This document shows positions 28,277 to 42,750 of a DNA stretch of 64,000 nucleotides, one piece after another. The stretch lies in contig OX597816.1 of NCBI GenBank assembly GCA_951406725.2, positions 38,316,001 to 38,380,000 on the forward strand, written 5' to 3'. Under the pieces are notes generated by a model. That model was not told the origin of the DNA. It saw only the letters and a program-made list of their open reading frames with translations, and did not search any database. Each line of letters starts with the position of its first letter. Within the stretch, counting starts at the first letter, position 1. The position numbers and the translations under genes are program-made. Origin of the DNA: Octopus vulgaris (lineage: Eukaryota).

Positions 28277-28982
28277 CACACACACACACATTTCAAGGCA
28301 GAAAAATTTCACAGGTCGGTACGCCGTGTTTTACATTATGAGGATAAAGCAAGTGGAACAGCAGAAAATATTTTGGGTAAAACCAATATTAATTTAGTAA
28401 TAACTAAGGAGTTAGCTATCAAGTGCTTTAGTAATGACAGCGACAAGCATCGTTGGAAGGAAAGCCAGTTCAATATCCTCGATTTTTACTTTTCCACAAC
28501 GAAGCATCAATCATTTAAAAACTATCACTTTTGGTCAAAATCTTCACGTCTGTTAGTGATTTGGACATCAACACTATCCTTCATGCGCAAGGCAGCGAGC
28601 TGGTAGAATCGTTAACACACCGGGCAAAATGCTTTGCGGTATTTCGTCCATCCTTATGTTATGAGTTCAAACTCCACCGAGGTTGACTTTGCCTTTCATC
28701 ATTTCGGGGTTGATAAAATAAGTACCACTGGAGTCGATGTAATAGACTTACCTTCCCTCAAAATTGATGGCTTTGTGCCAAAATGTGAAGCTAATATTAT
28801 CCTTTATGCAAGGAAATTATTGCTGTGCTTAGATGATACTACCTGGGTTTATAAAACTTCCACACGGGTGTTTTTGACGAGCCAAACTGTGCATGATTAT
28901 TGGGGAGTATATTGTGTTGTTGTTTTCTTTTTTGGTGGGGGTTTCACATATAGACTTCGCTTATTTTAGGGAAGGAACTTAC

Positions 28983-29053
28983 AGAAACGTCAGAATGGTT
29001 ATCACCTATTGTCGATGAAAGCACGAAACAGAGAGTAGTAAAACAGTCGACAT
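28983..29053 (-). other. Candidate 71-nt exon of an unidentified minus-strand transcript
   Basis: tcgtcag| acceptor and strong |gtaagt donor. Open frame (D)VDCFTTLCFVLSSTIGDNHSDVS. No recognisable homology. Confidence 0.2.
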
Positions 29054-29176
29054 CTGACGAGCAATTTATCTTCTTTTGGTATTTTATTCTGTACTTATCT
29101 CTCGTGTTTACGTATTTTTCACTCGTTGGTGATGTCTTGTACTTAATGTGCATTTATATATATCGTCTTTCAAAAT

Positions 29177-29378
29177 GTGACCGCGAGTGTACCGTTGGCG
29201 ATTTTCTTTCCTCTGTCTTCCCTTCTCTGGATCTTTCCTTCTCCTATGTTTCCGACGAAGAGCTCCGCTCGAAACGTTAAACCCTCCTTCTTTCCTTCTT
29301 TCCTGAGCATCCAATAATACTATATTTGTTCCACGTCCTCGCGTTGTTGTGTTTTTTTGTGCTTTCTTGTTTGGATTA

Positions 29379-29383
<5 letters not shown>
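29177..29383 (+). mobile_element. Hammerhead-like element family X, copy 3
   Basis: 29248-29282 reads GTTT-CCGACGA-A-GAGC-TCC-GCTC-GAAA-CG-TT-AAAC. The 3' end abuts a long (TA)n. Confidence 0.78.
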
Positions 29384-29460
<77 letters not shown>

Positions 29461-30739
29461 GCGAATGGTGACTAGGAAACTAGGGCATGCAGTCCCCTAC
29501 ACACACTGAGGTTGGGGAGTGGAACTTTCGAGTGTTCCACTTTTCCCCGTTTTCCGTGAAAAGTGTAGTATTATATGCTTTGAGATATGGGGAGTCTGAA
29601 AATGAAAATAATTTTTTCTACTACGATGCACTGTTTTGAAATAGTTAGTAAAACACGAGAAACGTACATACAAACATTTCCAAAATATATACTGAAATCC
29701 CGTGATTAGTGCACAAAAATTTTTTAAGACTCTCCCTATATAAGTGGTGTCAAATGTGATTAGCTCGTTTCAATAAATGTTTGGCTTTTTTTTTTCGCGC
29801 AAACCTTTCAGTTTTGCATCAATCCTTCACGCATGGGATCGTGTGCCACACTTACTACTGCTTAAGTAATATATTCAAAATAAATCGAAAAAGCTCATTG
29901 AAATTCTACCAAAAGTCGTGTAGTTGTCCGATTTTTTTTTTCTTTTTTCATGAGTGTGTCGTAAAGATCAGGACCCTCTTTTTTTTAATAAAAATTATTA
30001 TCAAATAATAAATGGCTTTTCGCCTATTAATTACCGCTCAAAAACTTTGAAACGGAAATACTCTCATTTCTAATATCGTAGCCATATTGAGGCGGCTAGC
30101 TGACAGAGTTGTTGACGAGACGCTTTGCAGTATTTCGCCCGCACTTGCGCTCTGAGTTCAAATACAGCTGGGATCGACTTTGCCTTTCATCCGTTCGAAG
30201 TCGATAAATTAAGTACCAGTCAAGTAATCGACTAGACACATTCCCCAAAACTTCCAGCCCTTGTGACTGCATTAGAAAGGAATATCACAGCCATATTGAA
30301 CCATGACTATTTTTAAAGAACATTTTATATAGAAACAAAATAAGAAAAAATTTCCTAAAAACGATACGTTTTTTTTCAGTGGAGTCTAACATGGAAAGCT
30401 GATTTTTAAAAAAGCATCAGTCAAATCATTCTTTTTTTTTTTTTTTTTGTGCATTTTATAAATATAACTTTTTTCTAAGATAAAACAGCAGTCCACGAAT
30501 TTTTTTACTGCTACCTTGATTCTTTTATATCTTATGTCTGACTGTAATAAAAATATAATATACAAATTAAAGTAAATTTTGATCGGTTTTTAATTTAAAA
30601 AAAAAACGATAGGTGCTTTTTTAAAGCATTTTATTTATTTGTGTCATATTTCATTTTTTAAGTACGGCTGGCCATAAGTGATAAACATTTATCAGCGCAC
30701 AGATTTAATTGAAGAAAATTGGTAGGATTATCGTCAAAT

Positions 30740-31700
<961 letters not shown>

Positions 31701-31829
31701 AAGTGGGCGCTTACCAACCAAGTTCAATCTCACTGTGTGACGACGCCTTGGGCAAGTGTCTTCTACTATAGCGTCGGGTCGGCCAAAGCCTTGAGTGGAT
31801 TTGGTAGATGGAAACTGAAAGAAGCCCGT

Positions 31830-31879
<50 letters not shown>

Positions 31880-31929
31880 TGTATGTATGTATGTATGTAT
31901 GTATGTATGTATGTATGTATACTTACCAC

Positions 31930-33120
31930 AAAGTAATCTACTGGTCAAAATCAGACGTAATAATTTTATTACTTCTGTCAGAGCTTGATTTAGTTCAAGT
32001 TCTTGTATTATATTTGCTACTTCTTGGATACTTGATGCTTGCTTTGCAAAATCTGCAGCATAAACTGATTTGAGCTCGCATTTCATTCCATCCAATTCCA
32101 ATATATTTTTGTAGATATTCAGAAATGAAAATGTTTCCATCGGAAATTGTTTTTCATAAGTGTGAAAAAGCTTCGGATTCAATAATTCCATAAATTTGAA
32201 CTCTTCCATCGTTTTTAATCTTTGTTCAACATGAACAATAATTTCATCTAAAACGTTGTGAAACAAAGTTCTTAAAGATTTTGGTTCTTCGTGTCGACTT
32301 CGCTTTTCTGGTGGTTCAGTGAAACCATCCAAAACCCGGGAGTAAAATTCCTCAAATTTGTCCTAAATATGAATCAATTCTTTTTTGTAGTTCTCAATTT
32401 CACAAATACATCTTGAAATATCAAGCGAACTTTTTTGAAGTATCGAATAAAGAATCTCTGAACCACTCAATACGGTTTCAAGAACTACTAATAAAAATTT
32501 TAAATGAAAATCTTCAAGGATTGCAACGAATACCCTTGCTTATGCTAATTCCGAAGTATTCCAATTCTCTGGATTTTCTGATATGGCTGAAATTAACTCA
32601 GAAAACGAAGTAATTTTATCGGACAAAATAGATACTTGCCGAGATGAATAATTCCATCGTGTGTCAGGTAGCTTGGAATTCGCCTTCCAATGATTTCATC
32701 CGAGCCGTCGCCTTTGAGAAAAAAGTTGAAATTCCTTTTAAAGTTTGAAAGAAAATTCGAAATTCACGAATACTTGAAGCTGATTGGGAGAGTACCAAAT
32801 TAAGTGAATGTGCATAACAATGTACAGATATGACATTGGCACCTTTATTCTTGCTTGCACTCCGTTCAAGTGCCCAGCCATCACGCTCGCTCCATCATAA
32901 GTGTGTGCGAGGAATTTTTGGCCACATTTGAATTCATTAACAAATTTTCGAACTTCTTCAGTAAGTGATGCAGCCTTTCTATCGTTACCGACATCGATAT
33001 AACCCCCAAAAAACCTTTCTTGAGGCTTTTCTTTCTCAACAAATCGTAAAACATGCGACAATTGAGATTTCATTTGCAGATCCGTAGTCTCATCAAATGA
33101 TGTTTTTTCGATCACAAAAT
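31930..33120 (-). pseudogene. hAT transposase remnant (ZMYM1/DUF4371-like)
   Basis: DETTD, LRFV, YDGASVMAGHLNGVQARIK, HCYAH.LNL and TRWN motifs, plus a C-terminal KLLRLILT truncated by a SINE and microsatellite. Confidence 0.9.
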
Positions 33121-33936
33121 GGCTAAAGAGTCAATATACTCAGTTTCCTCTCAGTTTTTTTTAAAGAAATATACGTAAACAAGAAAACTTTTAAAATGTT
33201 ACTGAGTTTTAGCAATGAATCTAATAGCAAAATTATGCTTTAGTTTACTTGTTTATGCAAATTTCTTTAAAATAAATTTAAATATTTAGAATTCAATTTT
33301 AAAGCATTGGAATTAATAAATAGATAAAAACGTTACCTTTTAACCACACAAAATCAAATTCGCTGCTAGATCCTTTGCACATCTAATGAATTCTGGATAG
33401 TGGTCACATGATTAAATTCCACAAGGTAGTGTTGTGACTTTTGGCCCCTCAATAGGCAATTAAGAACGTAAGCAGGAAAAAGAATTGCTTTACTCGCTAT
33501 GTTTTGACCTACTTTTTTTTTCTCTTTTCACTCCCTAGAAAACCGCATGCAAGTTGTCTATCTTTTGAATTCCCCCAAAGCTTGCGATTATATTTGCTTT
33601 CTTTAACGGTTTTAGCTTTCTTTAGCGACCCATTTCTTTTCTTAACGGCTGCTGACCAATTCAATTCATTCTATTGAATTCGTTCTCCTGTAGAGTCACA
33701 AGCTAGTGTTTTTCTGCATACTGTGTCTATTCAGACGTCATAATTCATTCATGCGACCACTACCCAGTGAGAAATGGGAAAAAAATTCACAAGAAAATTG
33801 AGGAAAGTTAAAATTATCAATAATTAATTTTATAATCAATAATTAATCTTATATTAAACAAAAATTTATTTATCCTAGAAAAGAAGGCATGCAATGTATG
33901 CATGCATACATGGACGCTTCGCACCTGGTATATATA

Positions 33937-33978
<42 letters not shown>

Positions 33979-34525
33979 CACACACACACACATATGATTT
34001 AATGTACACTGTATTAAAATACGAGCCACCAATAGTTTCTTGCCTTTGAGACACGTGGTTGGGCAGATTTCTATAACGTCTTATATCTCGAAGCAAGATT
34101 TGAATGTGATCTACTATGAGTTTCAGATTGCGATAGTACAATTGGCGGACGAGCTTGTATAGTGTGCTGTGTACTGTCCTGCAATCGTTCAGGCTCAAAA
34201 TGAAACATGGCTGCTCTCTGGGGAAAAACGAGTCAGAAGGCGAAAGAACGAGAGAAAAAAATATATGAAAAAAAGGAAACTAGAAAAAAAAGGGAGATAA
34301 GAGTTGTGTGCCTTTGATTTTTTTAGAATGGGAATTAATGATGATTGGTGTGGTTAATTCGATGAGGAAAGGTTGTGTGTGTGTGTGTTGTGTCTGGTCA
34401 TTGTGTATTCGATGTTACATGAACCATAGTCAACAACTTTCACGTTTACTTTGACATTTGTATACTACATTGACTCTCTGTACTCTCATGATCCTCTGCG
34501 ATCAATACGCCAATATTACCATCTC

Positions 34526-34577
34526 TTCATTCTGATGATGAGACCGTGAACCGAGAAGGTGTTGAAATGTTGATGAA
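34526..34577 (+). ncRNA. Degenerate minimal hammerhead motif
   Basis: TTCATT-CTGATGA-T-GAGACC..GGTGTT-GAAA-TG-TT-GATGAA. Stem I is 6 bp and the core is canonical, but stems II and III are imperfect. Confidence 0.5.
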
Positions 34578-34954
34578 CTAATGTATTTAGGAAAACTATT
34601 GTTAGAAATTAAGCGTATCGATAAAATGTGCACGAAACGGAAGTATCTACTGGGATCGATATAAACAACAAAGAGGTCTTGAGGGCGGTGCTCCAAATTG
34701 GCCGCAATCCAATGACCGGAACCGATAAAAAAGTAAAAGAAATTATGTATGTATGTATGCGTGTATGTATATATATAAAGAGAGAGGGGGAAGAAAGTGG
34801 GGAGAGAGGAGGGGGACGGAGATTTCTTTATTAATTTGTCTTTTAAATCATTTATGAAGACAATAAAAAAACCAGGTTTCTTATATATTCTGCGAGAGTA
34901 TTCTCTCTTTCTCTCTCCCCCACCTTCTCCCTTTGTCTCTCCCTCAGCATATAA

Positions 34955-35432
34955 CTTTTATCTTTTACTTGTTTCAGTTATTACACTGCGGCCATCCTGG
35001 GGCACTATCTTGAAGAATTTTTAGTTGAAGGACTCAACCCCAATAGATGTTTTCCGTTTTGTTGTTAAGCCTGGTATTTATTATATCGGACCCCTTTGCC
35101 GAACCGCTATCTTACAGGGACGCAAACACACCAACAAGCGATGGTGGGGGACAAACATAGATACACACACACACACACACACATACTCACACACACACAT
35201 ACACACAAACATACACAAACACACACAGTTACGCGCGCGCACATACACACACATATAAATATATATACGACGAGCTTCTTTCAGTTTCCGTCTACCAAAT
35301 CTACTCACAAGGCTTTGGTTGACCCGAGACTATAGCAGATGGCAATTGCCCAAGATACCATGCAGTGGGACTGAACCCGGGGACCATATGACTGGGAAGC
35401 AAGTTTCTTACCACATATCCACACCTGCGCCT
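34955..35432 (-). mobile_element. SINE family B, older full-length copy
   Basis: Colinear with 11192-11604. Confidence 0.85.
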
Positions 35433-35659
35433 ATAGGCATAAGATCTGTTGGGGTTAAACTAGTAATAACAGCCACTTTGATGTGACGATAAATTTACTT
35501 GTTAGTATAGTTACTACTCTGATCTCTTCTTGAGATTTTGCAGCTAGCTACTTTGCTTGTTGTAAATCAGTGACCGATGGTCGCTTTGTTAACAATATAT
35601 TGCTGACAGGAGCAGACTCTGATTATCTCTCTGGCTGCCAACTGGACTCTTAAAGGAAG

Positions 35660-36022
35660 TTAAGGCTTGTTTTTACTGTAGGGTGGCAGTACTGAAAGAG
35701 TGTGTGTGGAGAACCAGAATGGAAGGTTTAGTGACAGGGTCCTTTGTCTCTGGCACCAGTTTGTTAAAATACTTCAGATATCATCTGAAGAGCAAGATAG
35801 GGTTGGAGAAGAGGAGCCTGCCACAGAAAGAGTATGTGAAACGTTGGAAGGATGTGATGAGAAAGGTGGGTGTTAGTAACCCAGCTTTTCATCAAAGAAA
35901 GGAAAAATTAGTTGCTGGGCCTTATAGGCTGCCGGGTTCAAAATTCGGAACCTTCACTTCTCCCCTTTTTCATTTTAACATATGTTATGTTTTCTAATGT
36001 TATTAAAAAAAAATAATAAAAA
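35660..36022 (+). pseudogene. 3' end of an L1/Tx1-type LINE ORF2 with A-rich tail
   Basis: VAVLKECVWRTR..F..HLK.KI..E...L....Y.KRW resembles the L1-Tx1 C-terminus, followed by a short UTR and A-rich tail. Confidence 0.6.
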
Positions 36023-36475
36023 ACTCACAAAAGTTCTCGTTATAAAGGCAAAAGTAAGCCAAGTTTTCGTTTATGTCATATTATAACTAAATTTTTAAGT
36101 TTCATTCGAACTCTCATAACATTCTTTGTAATTGTTCGTCTTGTTATGTCCAAATCTATGTAAGATCGTATGATTATAATAAAGATTTTTATCTCTCTGG
36201 TGACTGGGTGTTCGCAACAGTAGATGAGCCAACCAGCTCGAAACTGAGTCAGTCTTGCGATCCCGTTGTCCGCTAGCTAGAGGATGGCAGGAGTTCGCAC
36301 CTCTGCTAGCAATATATATGTATGTTGAGGATGCAGCGCTGCACCGATAACCGACTGGCGGAAGATCTGCCTGCGGTTGAATAGTCACTTCGATATGGCG
36401 ATGAGCCTTACTGGTTAGGATAGTTACAACTCTGATCTCTCCTTGAGATTTTATAACTAGCAACTTTGCTTGTGT

Positions 36476-36856
36476 GTGGAGGCGCAATGGCCCAGTGGTT
36501 AGGGCAGCGGACTCGCGGTCATAGGATCGCGGTTTCGATTCCTAGACCGGGCGTTGTGAGTATTTATTGAGCGAAAACACCTAAAAGCTCCACGAGGCTC
36601 CGGCAGGGGATGGTGGTGATGCCTATTGTACTCTTTCACCACAACTTTCTCTTACTTCCTGTTTCTGTTGTACCTGTATTTCAAGGGGCCGACCTTGTCA
36701 CTCTCTGTGTCACGCTGAATATCCCCGAGAACTACGTTAAGGGTGCACGTGTCTGTGAAGTGCTCAGCCACTTACACGTTAATTTCACGAGCAGGCTGTT
36801 CCGTTGATTCGGATCAACCGGAACCCTTGTCGTCGTAACCGACGGAGTGCTTCCAC
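36476..36856 (+). mobile_element. SINE family C, full length
   Basis: TSD ACTTTGCTTGTGT at 36463-36475 and 36857-36869. Confidence 0.93.
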
Positions 36857-36863
36857 ACTTTGC

Positions 36864-36932
<69 letters not shown>

Positions 36933-37587
36933 GGGTGTGTGTGTGTGTGTGTGTGTGAAGGGTGTAGGAGCAGGCATGGCTGTGTGGTAAGAAGTTTGCT
37001 TCCCAGCCTCATTGTTCGAGTGTTTTCCACTATAGCCCCGAGCCAATCAAACCATGCGAGTGGATTTGGTGGACAGAAACTGAAAGAAACCTTTCGAATC
37101 TTCCAAGAAATCTAGTGTTCTTAGGTTAGAAACCTATGGAATAAGTAACAAGGTTTAAAAAAAAAAATAAGTAGTGGAGTCAATTTGTTCGATTAAAATC
37201 CTTGAAGGCGTTACCCCAGCATGGCCACAAGTGAAAGAAGAAAAGGATGTAAATACCTCTCTATACCCATTTTGCCTGATGAGCTGGCTGAATTGTTAGC
37301 GTGAAAATTACTAAGCGGTATTTCGTCCGTCTTCACGTTCTGAGTTCAAATTCTGCCGAGGGCGACCTTGCCTATCATCTTTCCGAGGTCGATAAAATAA
37401 GAACCAGTTGCGCACTGGGATCGATGTAATCGACTTCTCTCCCCGTTTCCCGCAAAATTGCTAGCTTTGTGCGAAAATCTGAAGCCTATATGTGCGCTTC
37501 AATAATGAGGAAGTCTTACAAGAAGGACAAGAGGTGAAGCAGTTGGACAACATTAACTCAGATCCACATATATCTGTACATTTAATA

Positions 37588-37627
<40 letters not shown>

Positions 37628-37639
37628 ATAAAATAATAA

Positions 37640-37979
<340 letters not shown>

Positions 37980-38011
37980 ATATATATACATATATATATA
38001 TACATACATAT

Positions 38012-38052
<41 letters not shown>

Positions 38053-38062
38053 CATATATACA

Positions 38063-38107
<45 letters not shown>

Positions 38108-38546
38108 CATATATACATACATATATATCATATATATATATACATACATATATATATATACATATATATGATTATGTGATTATGTGAGCATGTTCGTTAA
38201 TGTTATTCAACTGCTCCACCCCTTATTACTGATGCTAACCTTCATCATTATTGATGTCCCGTACGTATATGCCAGCAAATAACCCACTACAGTAATGTTG
38301 TGAACGTTTGTTGTTAGTGAACACACGCAACACTTCTTCCTGTATTTTTACAGCCATCTAAGGCACGATGTGCGTGCGCGTGCGTGTGAGAGTGTTCACG
38401 CGCGCGCGAGCGTGTGTGTATCGATGTTCAAGTATGGATTTATGAATATCTGTGTGTGTTTATATTTGTTCACTTAAGAAATTTTGAATTGAAGCTATGC
38501 CCATGTGGGAATAGAGGCATAACATTAACGCACACGCATACACGCT

Positions 38547-38584
<38 letters not shown>

Positions 38585-38588
38585 CATA

Positions 38589-38631
<43 letters not shown>

Positions 38632-38656
38632 ATATATTTGTATATATATATATATA

Positions 38657-39046
38657 CTAGTATCGCCCGGCGTTGCTCGGGTTTGTAGGAAATAACTATA
38701 TAAGCATTTTTAGAGAGTTATAGCCAAAAAATAGCAAAAAAATGCATTAAAAATTGAAAAAAAATTAAGGTAATTTTTTTTTAAATCGTTGACACATCGT
38801 AGATATTTTTAGAAGTTACTTCCCTTATATAATAACGAAAAATATGCATTAAAATGGAAAAATATGATGGTAAATTTTTTAAAATCGTAGACTCATCGTA
38901 GACGCGCGCTAATACCCAGAAGGGCTCGATATGAATCACGACTATAAGATACCCGCTTTTGGTTAAACTACACCGCAAAATGTGGGAGTAGTTACGAATC
39001 TAAATCGTAGGAGACAGACACACAACTTCACTCTTATATATAAAGA
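38657..39046 (-). mobile_element. Non-autonomous Helitron
   Basis: Minus strand A|TC 5' end, subterminal hairpin CCCGAGCAACGCCGGG, CTAG|T 3' end, no TSD, internal two-copy subrepeat. Confidence 0.88.
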
Positions 39047-39158
39047 TATAAGCCACGTAGTTATATACACATACTTTGTTATATACACATTCTTAAAAGA
39101 AAATGTTATTTTGAACACAACATTTACAAAGAATAAAATATTTTTTGGTTTTTCTTAA

Positions 39159-39976
39159 CCCTTTCGTTACTATATTTCTGACCAAAATACACCCCTTATG
39201 TGTTTCAATTAATTTCTAACGTAATCATAAATTTAGTCTGGTTTCATTAAACAACTATAACTTTTTTATTTATGAATATATTAATCTGATTTTTGGAAGA
39301 TAATTTAGTGAAATGTTCTCAACCAATTCTATACTATAATTTTTGTCACAAAGTGACTCTAATTCAGGTAGATACAGGTAAATTCAACAATATATAAAAT
39401 TATTAAAATTTTGTTCAAACATCGCTATAGAAAATGGGTTATTAGCTAATATTCAATTGGGTATACAACAAAATTTTACGATAGAATTTGTTATTCTGGG
39501 TAACTTTCTAATACCCATAATAATATTTATGGCAAAATAGCCTTAATTTCATTTAAGGTTGTGGAATAACAAACTATCGTTTCTTTCGCTTTGTTTAGGT
39601 TGAGATCAAATACCGCATGCTTTTTTTCAGTCATAGAGTTAGATTTATGAAGGTCTTCAGTAGAAAATCCTTCGAATTCTGACTCGCTGCTTGATATAAT
39701 GAAATTCGTATCCATTTTTTGTCAGAATTACAAATTTTGGAAAAACACAATAGGAACAAATTTCGGAAAAAAATCTCCCATAATTCACGGAATTAAAATT
39801 ACACTTCGATTTTTGTACAAAACTGTAGTTGAACTGTTTACGAAGTATAATACGTGTTTTCACGAATGTTCTAAAGAGATTTACTCTGATATTCTCATTT
39901 AAATATGAATAGGTAAATTCGGGCGGCTTGGTCACATTAACCAAAATTTTTTTCGGGCGGTTTGGTAACGAAAGGG
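39159..39976 (-). mobile_element. Non-autonomous piggyBac element
   Basis: TTAA on both sides, 12-bp perfect TIR CCCTTTCGTTAC, and a residual acidic N-terminus MDTNFIISSSESEFEGF on the minus strand. Confidence 0.9.
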
Positions 39977-40049
39977 TTAAACGGATGCATACATTTATTA
40001 ATAACTATATATAAGTGTCGTCTGTTTATACATAAACACTGTTTCATAC

Positions 40050-40714
40050 TGCAATTATATATACATATATCTATATATAATATTATATAATAAAATATAT
40101 ACAGAGTAAAATAAAAACCAATTTACCTTTTCTGTATTGTTATTCGACCGTCCGTGTGTCTTTGCAAATGTGTTGGAATGATAAGTGAGTTGTGTTTTGG
40201 CGCCTTTTTTACTAATAACAAACACACACGTGTTTGTATGTAGTCGTTTGAAACGTTTGTGTTTGCCACTCTCATATATGTATGTGTATGCGTGTGTGTG
40301 AGGAATGACACACACACACTCACCACACACATGTACATCAATGCTTTTATGAGCGTCATAGAGAGAAACAAATATTACATCGCCATCGCCATAGCCATCG
40401 CCATCGCCATAGCCATCGCCATCGCATTCTATTTTCTACCTGTCAACACACAGTGAATTAGTTTCAGTTTATTCATTGCCCACTGTGTGTGTGCGTTTGC
40501 GTGTGGTGTAAACCAGACTAAGAAAAGCATTTGACACACACACAGAATGTGATATTTTGCTTAATTGGAGTTTAAATTTTAAAAACTGGACCTGGCATGA
40601 CGCGATATTGTACTCTTAAAAATGCTAGGTAAATTGTAATTGAAGAAATCCTATATTGTAGATTTGTATAACTCCCAAAGGGAGGCAGATAAAATCTGCC
40701 TTTATAATAAGAGA
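40050..40714 (-). mobile_element. Possible second Helitron (5' end only), containing an (ATCGCC)n repeat
   Basis: Minus strand starts A|TCTCTTATTATAAAGG next to (TA)n, like the 39046 terminus. No 3' CTRR or hairpin found. Confidence 0.35.
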
Positions 40715-40742
40715 TATATATATATATATGTATGTATGTATA

Positions 40743-40788
<46 letters not shown>

Positions 40789-40949
40789 ATATATTTTTTT
40801 TTTTTTTATTATATATATATATACATACATATATATATATATATGTATGTATGTATATATATTTGTATATATATATATGTATGTATGTGTATATATATTT
40901 GTATATATATATATACATATATATATATGTATGTATGTATATATATTTG

Positions 40950-41034
<85 letters not shown>

Positions 41035-41035
41035 T

Positions 41036-41084
<49 letters not shown>

Positions 41085-41093
41085 ATATATTTG

Positions 41094-41166
<73 letters not shown>

Positions 41167-41175
41167 ATATATTTG

Positions 41176-41208
<33 letters not shown>

Positions 41209-41261
41209 ATATATATTATATATTATATATATATATATATATGTACGTATGTATATATATT

Positions 41262-41296
<35 letters not shown>

Positions 41297-41297
41297 G

Positions 41298-41366
<69 letters not shown>

Positions 41367-41429
41367 GTATATATATTTGTATATATATATATAAAATATA
41401 CATATATATATGCATAGATATATATACAA

Positions 41430-41473
<44 letters not shown>

Positions 41474-41496
41474 TATATATGTATTATATATATATA
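40715..41496. repeat. About 780-bp compound (TA)n/(TATG)n array
   Basis: Directly visible. Confidence 0.97.
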
Positions 41497-41675
41497 GGGA
41501 GAGTTTACGAAAAAAACAAAAAACGAAGACAGGTGGTGTACGAAACAAACAGATGTATCAGTATAACGCTCAGGAATAGAAAAAGTATTTTACGTTTCGA
41601 GCCTACGCTCTTCTACAGAAAGGGAGACAGAAAAAAACAAGGAGAGAAAAAAATGTGTGTAGTGGCTAGCAATCT

Positions 41676-41680
<5 letters not shown>
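41497..41680 (-). mobile_element. (TA)n-embedded hammerhead-like element related to family X
   Basis: Minus strand 41588-41621 reads TTT-CTGTAGA-A-GAGC-GTAG-GCTC-GAAA-CG-TA-AAA. Shares downstream TTCCTGAGCGT with family X. Confidence 0.7.
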
Positions 41681-41729
<49 letters not shown>

Positions 41730-41732
<3 letters not shown>

Positions 41733-42095
41733 CTGCGATCAATTCGCTGAAATGCATGCTCACTTGCAAAAAATGTGACCTGCATTGGTGAATCGGCGTG
41801 GCCCAATTCTGCTCTACAATAATGCAAAGCCACATGTTGCAAGAATGACACTGCAGAAACTCACAGACTTGGGATACGAGACTTTACCGCATCCTCCATA
41901 TTCTCCTGATCTTTCTGCCACTGTCAACCATTTTTCAAAGCATCTAAACACGATTTTAAGTGATAAAACTTTCAGGTCCAAACCAGAAGTGGAATCAGCT
42001 TTCAAAGATTTCTTAGCATCAAAGCCAATAAGTTTTTATTAACGATCGATGGCAGAGATGCATAGACATTCACAGCTCATACTTTGACTAATCAA
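41730..42095 (+). pseudogene. Mariner transposase C-terminal remnant
   Basis: PILLYNNAKPH and LGYETLPHPPYSPDLS. Confidence 0.92.
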
Positions 42096-42212
42096 AACCG
42101 AACCCAGGACATTGTGTGTGTGCGTGCATGTGTGTGTGAGTGTGTGTGTGTGCGTGTGTGTGTGTCTGCGTGTGTGTCTGCGTGTGTGTGTATGTGTGTG
42201 TGTGTACATATA

Positions 42213-42750
42213 CTAAGTGCGCTTAAAAATATGCGACTTTCCCAACAAAACTAATACCACGTGGGCAAAATCCTTTGGGTGAGCGTTGCCACCACCCTTC
42301 CTGCACATGATTGACAATTTTCGCGCCGGTTGGCCGCATCAGTTCCTAGATATTATGCCTAGAGTACGGACGTGTAGTGCACGCTCCTCGGATTTTCGTT
42401 TTCACCGAACGCATTACGCAGCGATATTGCATTAAGTTTGCCAAAAGTTTGGCGATACTCAAGCTCAAACCATCAAGGAGATTCAGCAGGTCTTTGGCCA
42501 AGGGCAAAACTCAGATCAAGAAGTAGTACAAATGCTTCAAACATGGCCACACCTCAGTGGAGAGCGATCTACAAGCCGAAACGAGGAGTCGATTTAGAAG
42601 CTTCGGCGAATAGTCATGGAAGACCGTCGTGTAACAATCTAAGAAATTGCTCAGGAAATGGGAAAAAGCACAGGATCAGTGTCTTCCATTTTAACAGAGG
42701 ATTTTTGCATGCAGAGAGTGTCGTTGAAATTGGTCCCCGAAGTGCTGGCG
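42213..42750 (+). pseudogene. Mariner 5' end and N-terminal HTH remnant, followed by SINE B (42755-43155)
   Basis: QRYCIKF, GDTQAQTIKEIQQVFG and GSVSSILTEDFCMQRVSLKLVPEVL. Confidence 0.8.

Noticed and set aside
35500-36475. Duplicated segment of about 60 bp (GTTAG.ATAGTTAC.ACTCTGATCTCT..TTGAGATTTT) at about 35501 and 36413
   Set aside because: Most likely two fragments of another dispersed repeat. It is too diverged and too far apart to be a TSD.
36476-36550. tRNA-like sequences at SINE heads
   Set aside because: They have A/B boxes but no complete cloverleaf, and they continue into SINE bodies with TSDs, so they are not tRNA genes.
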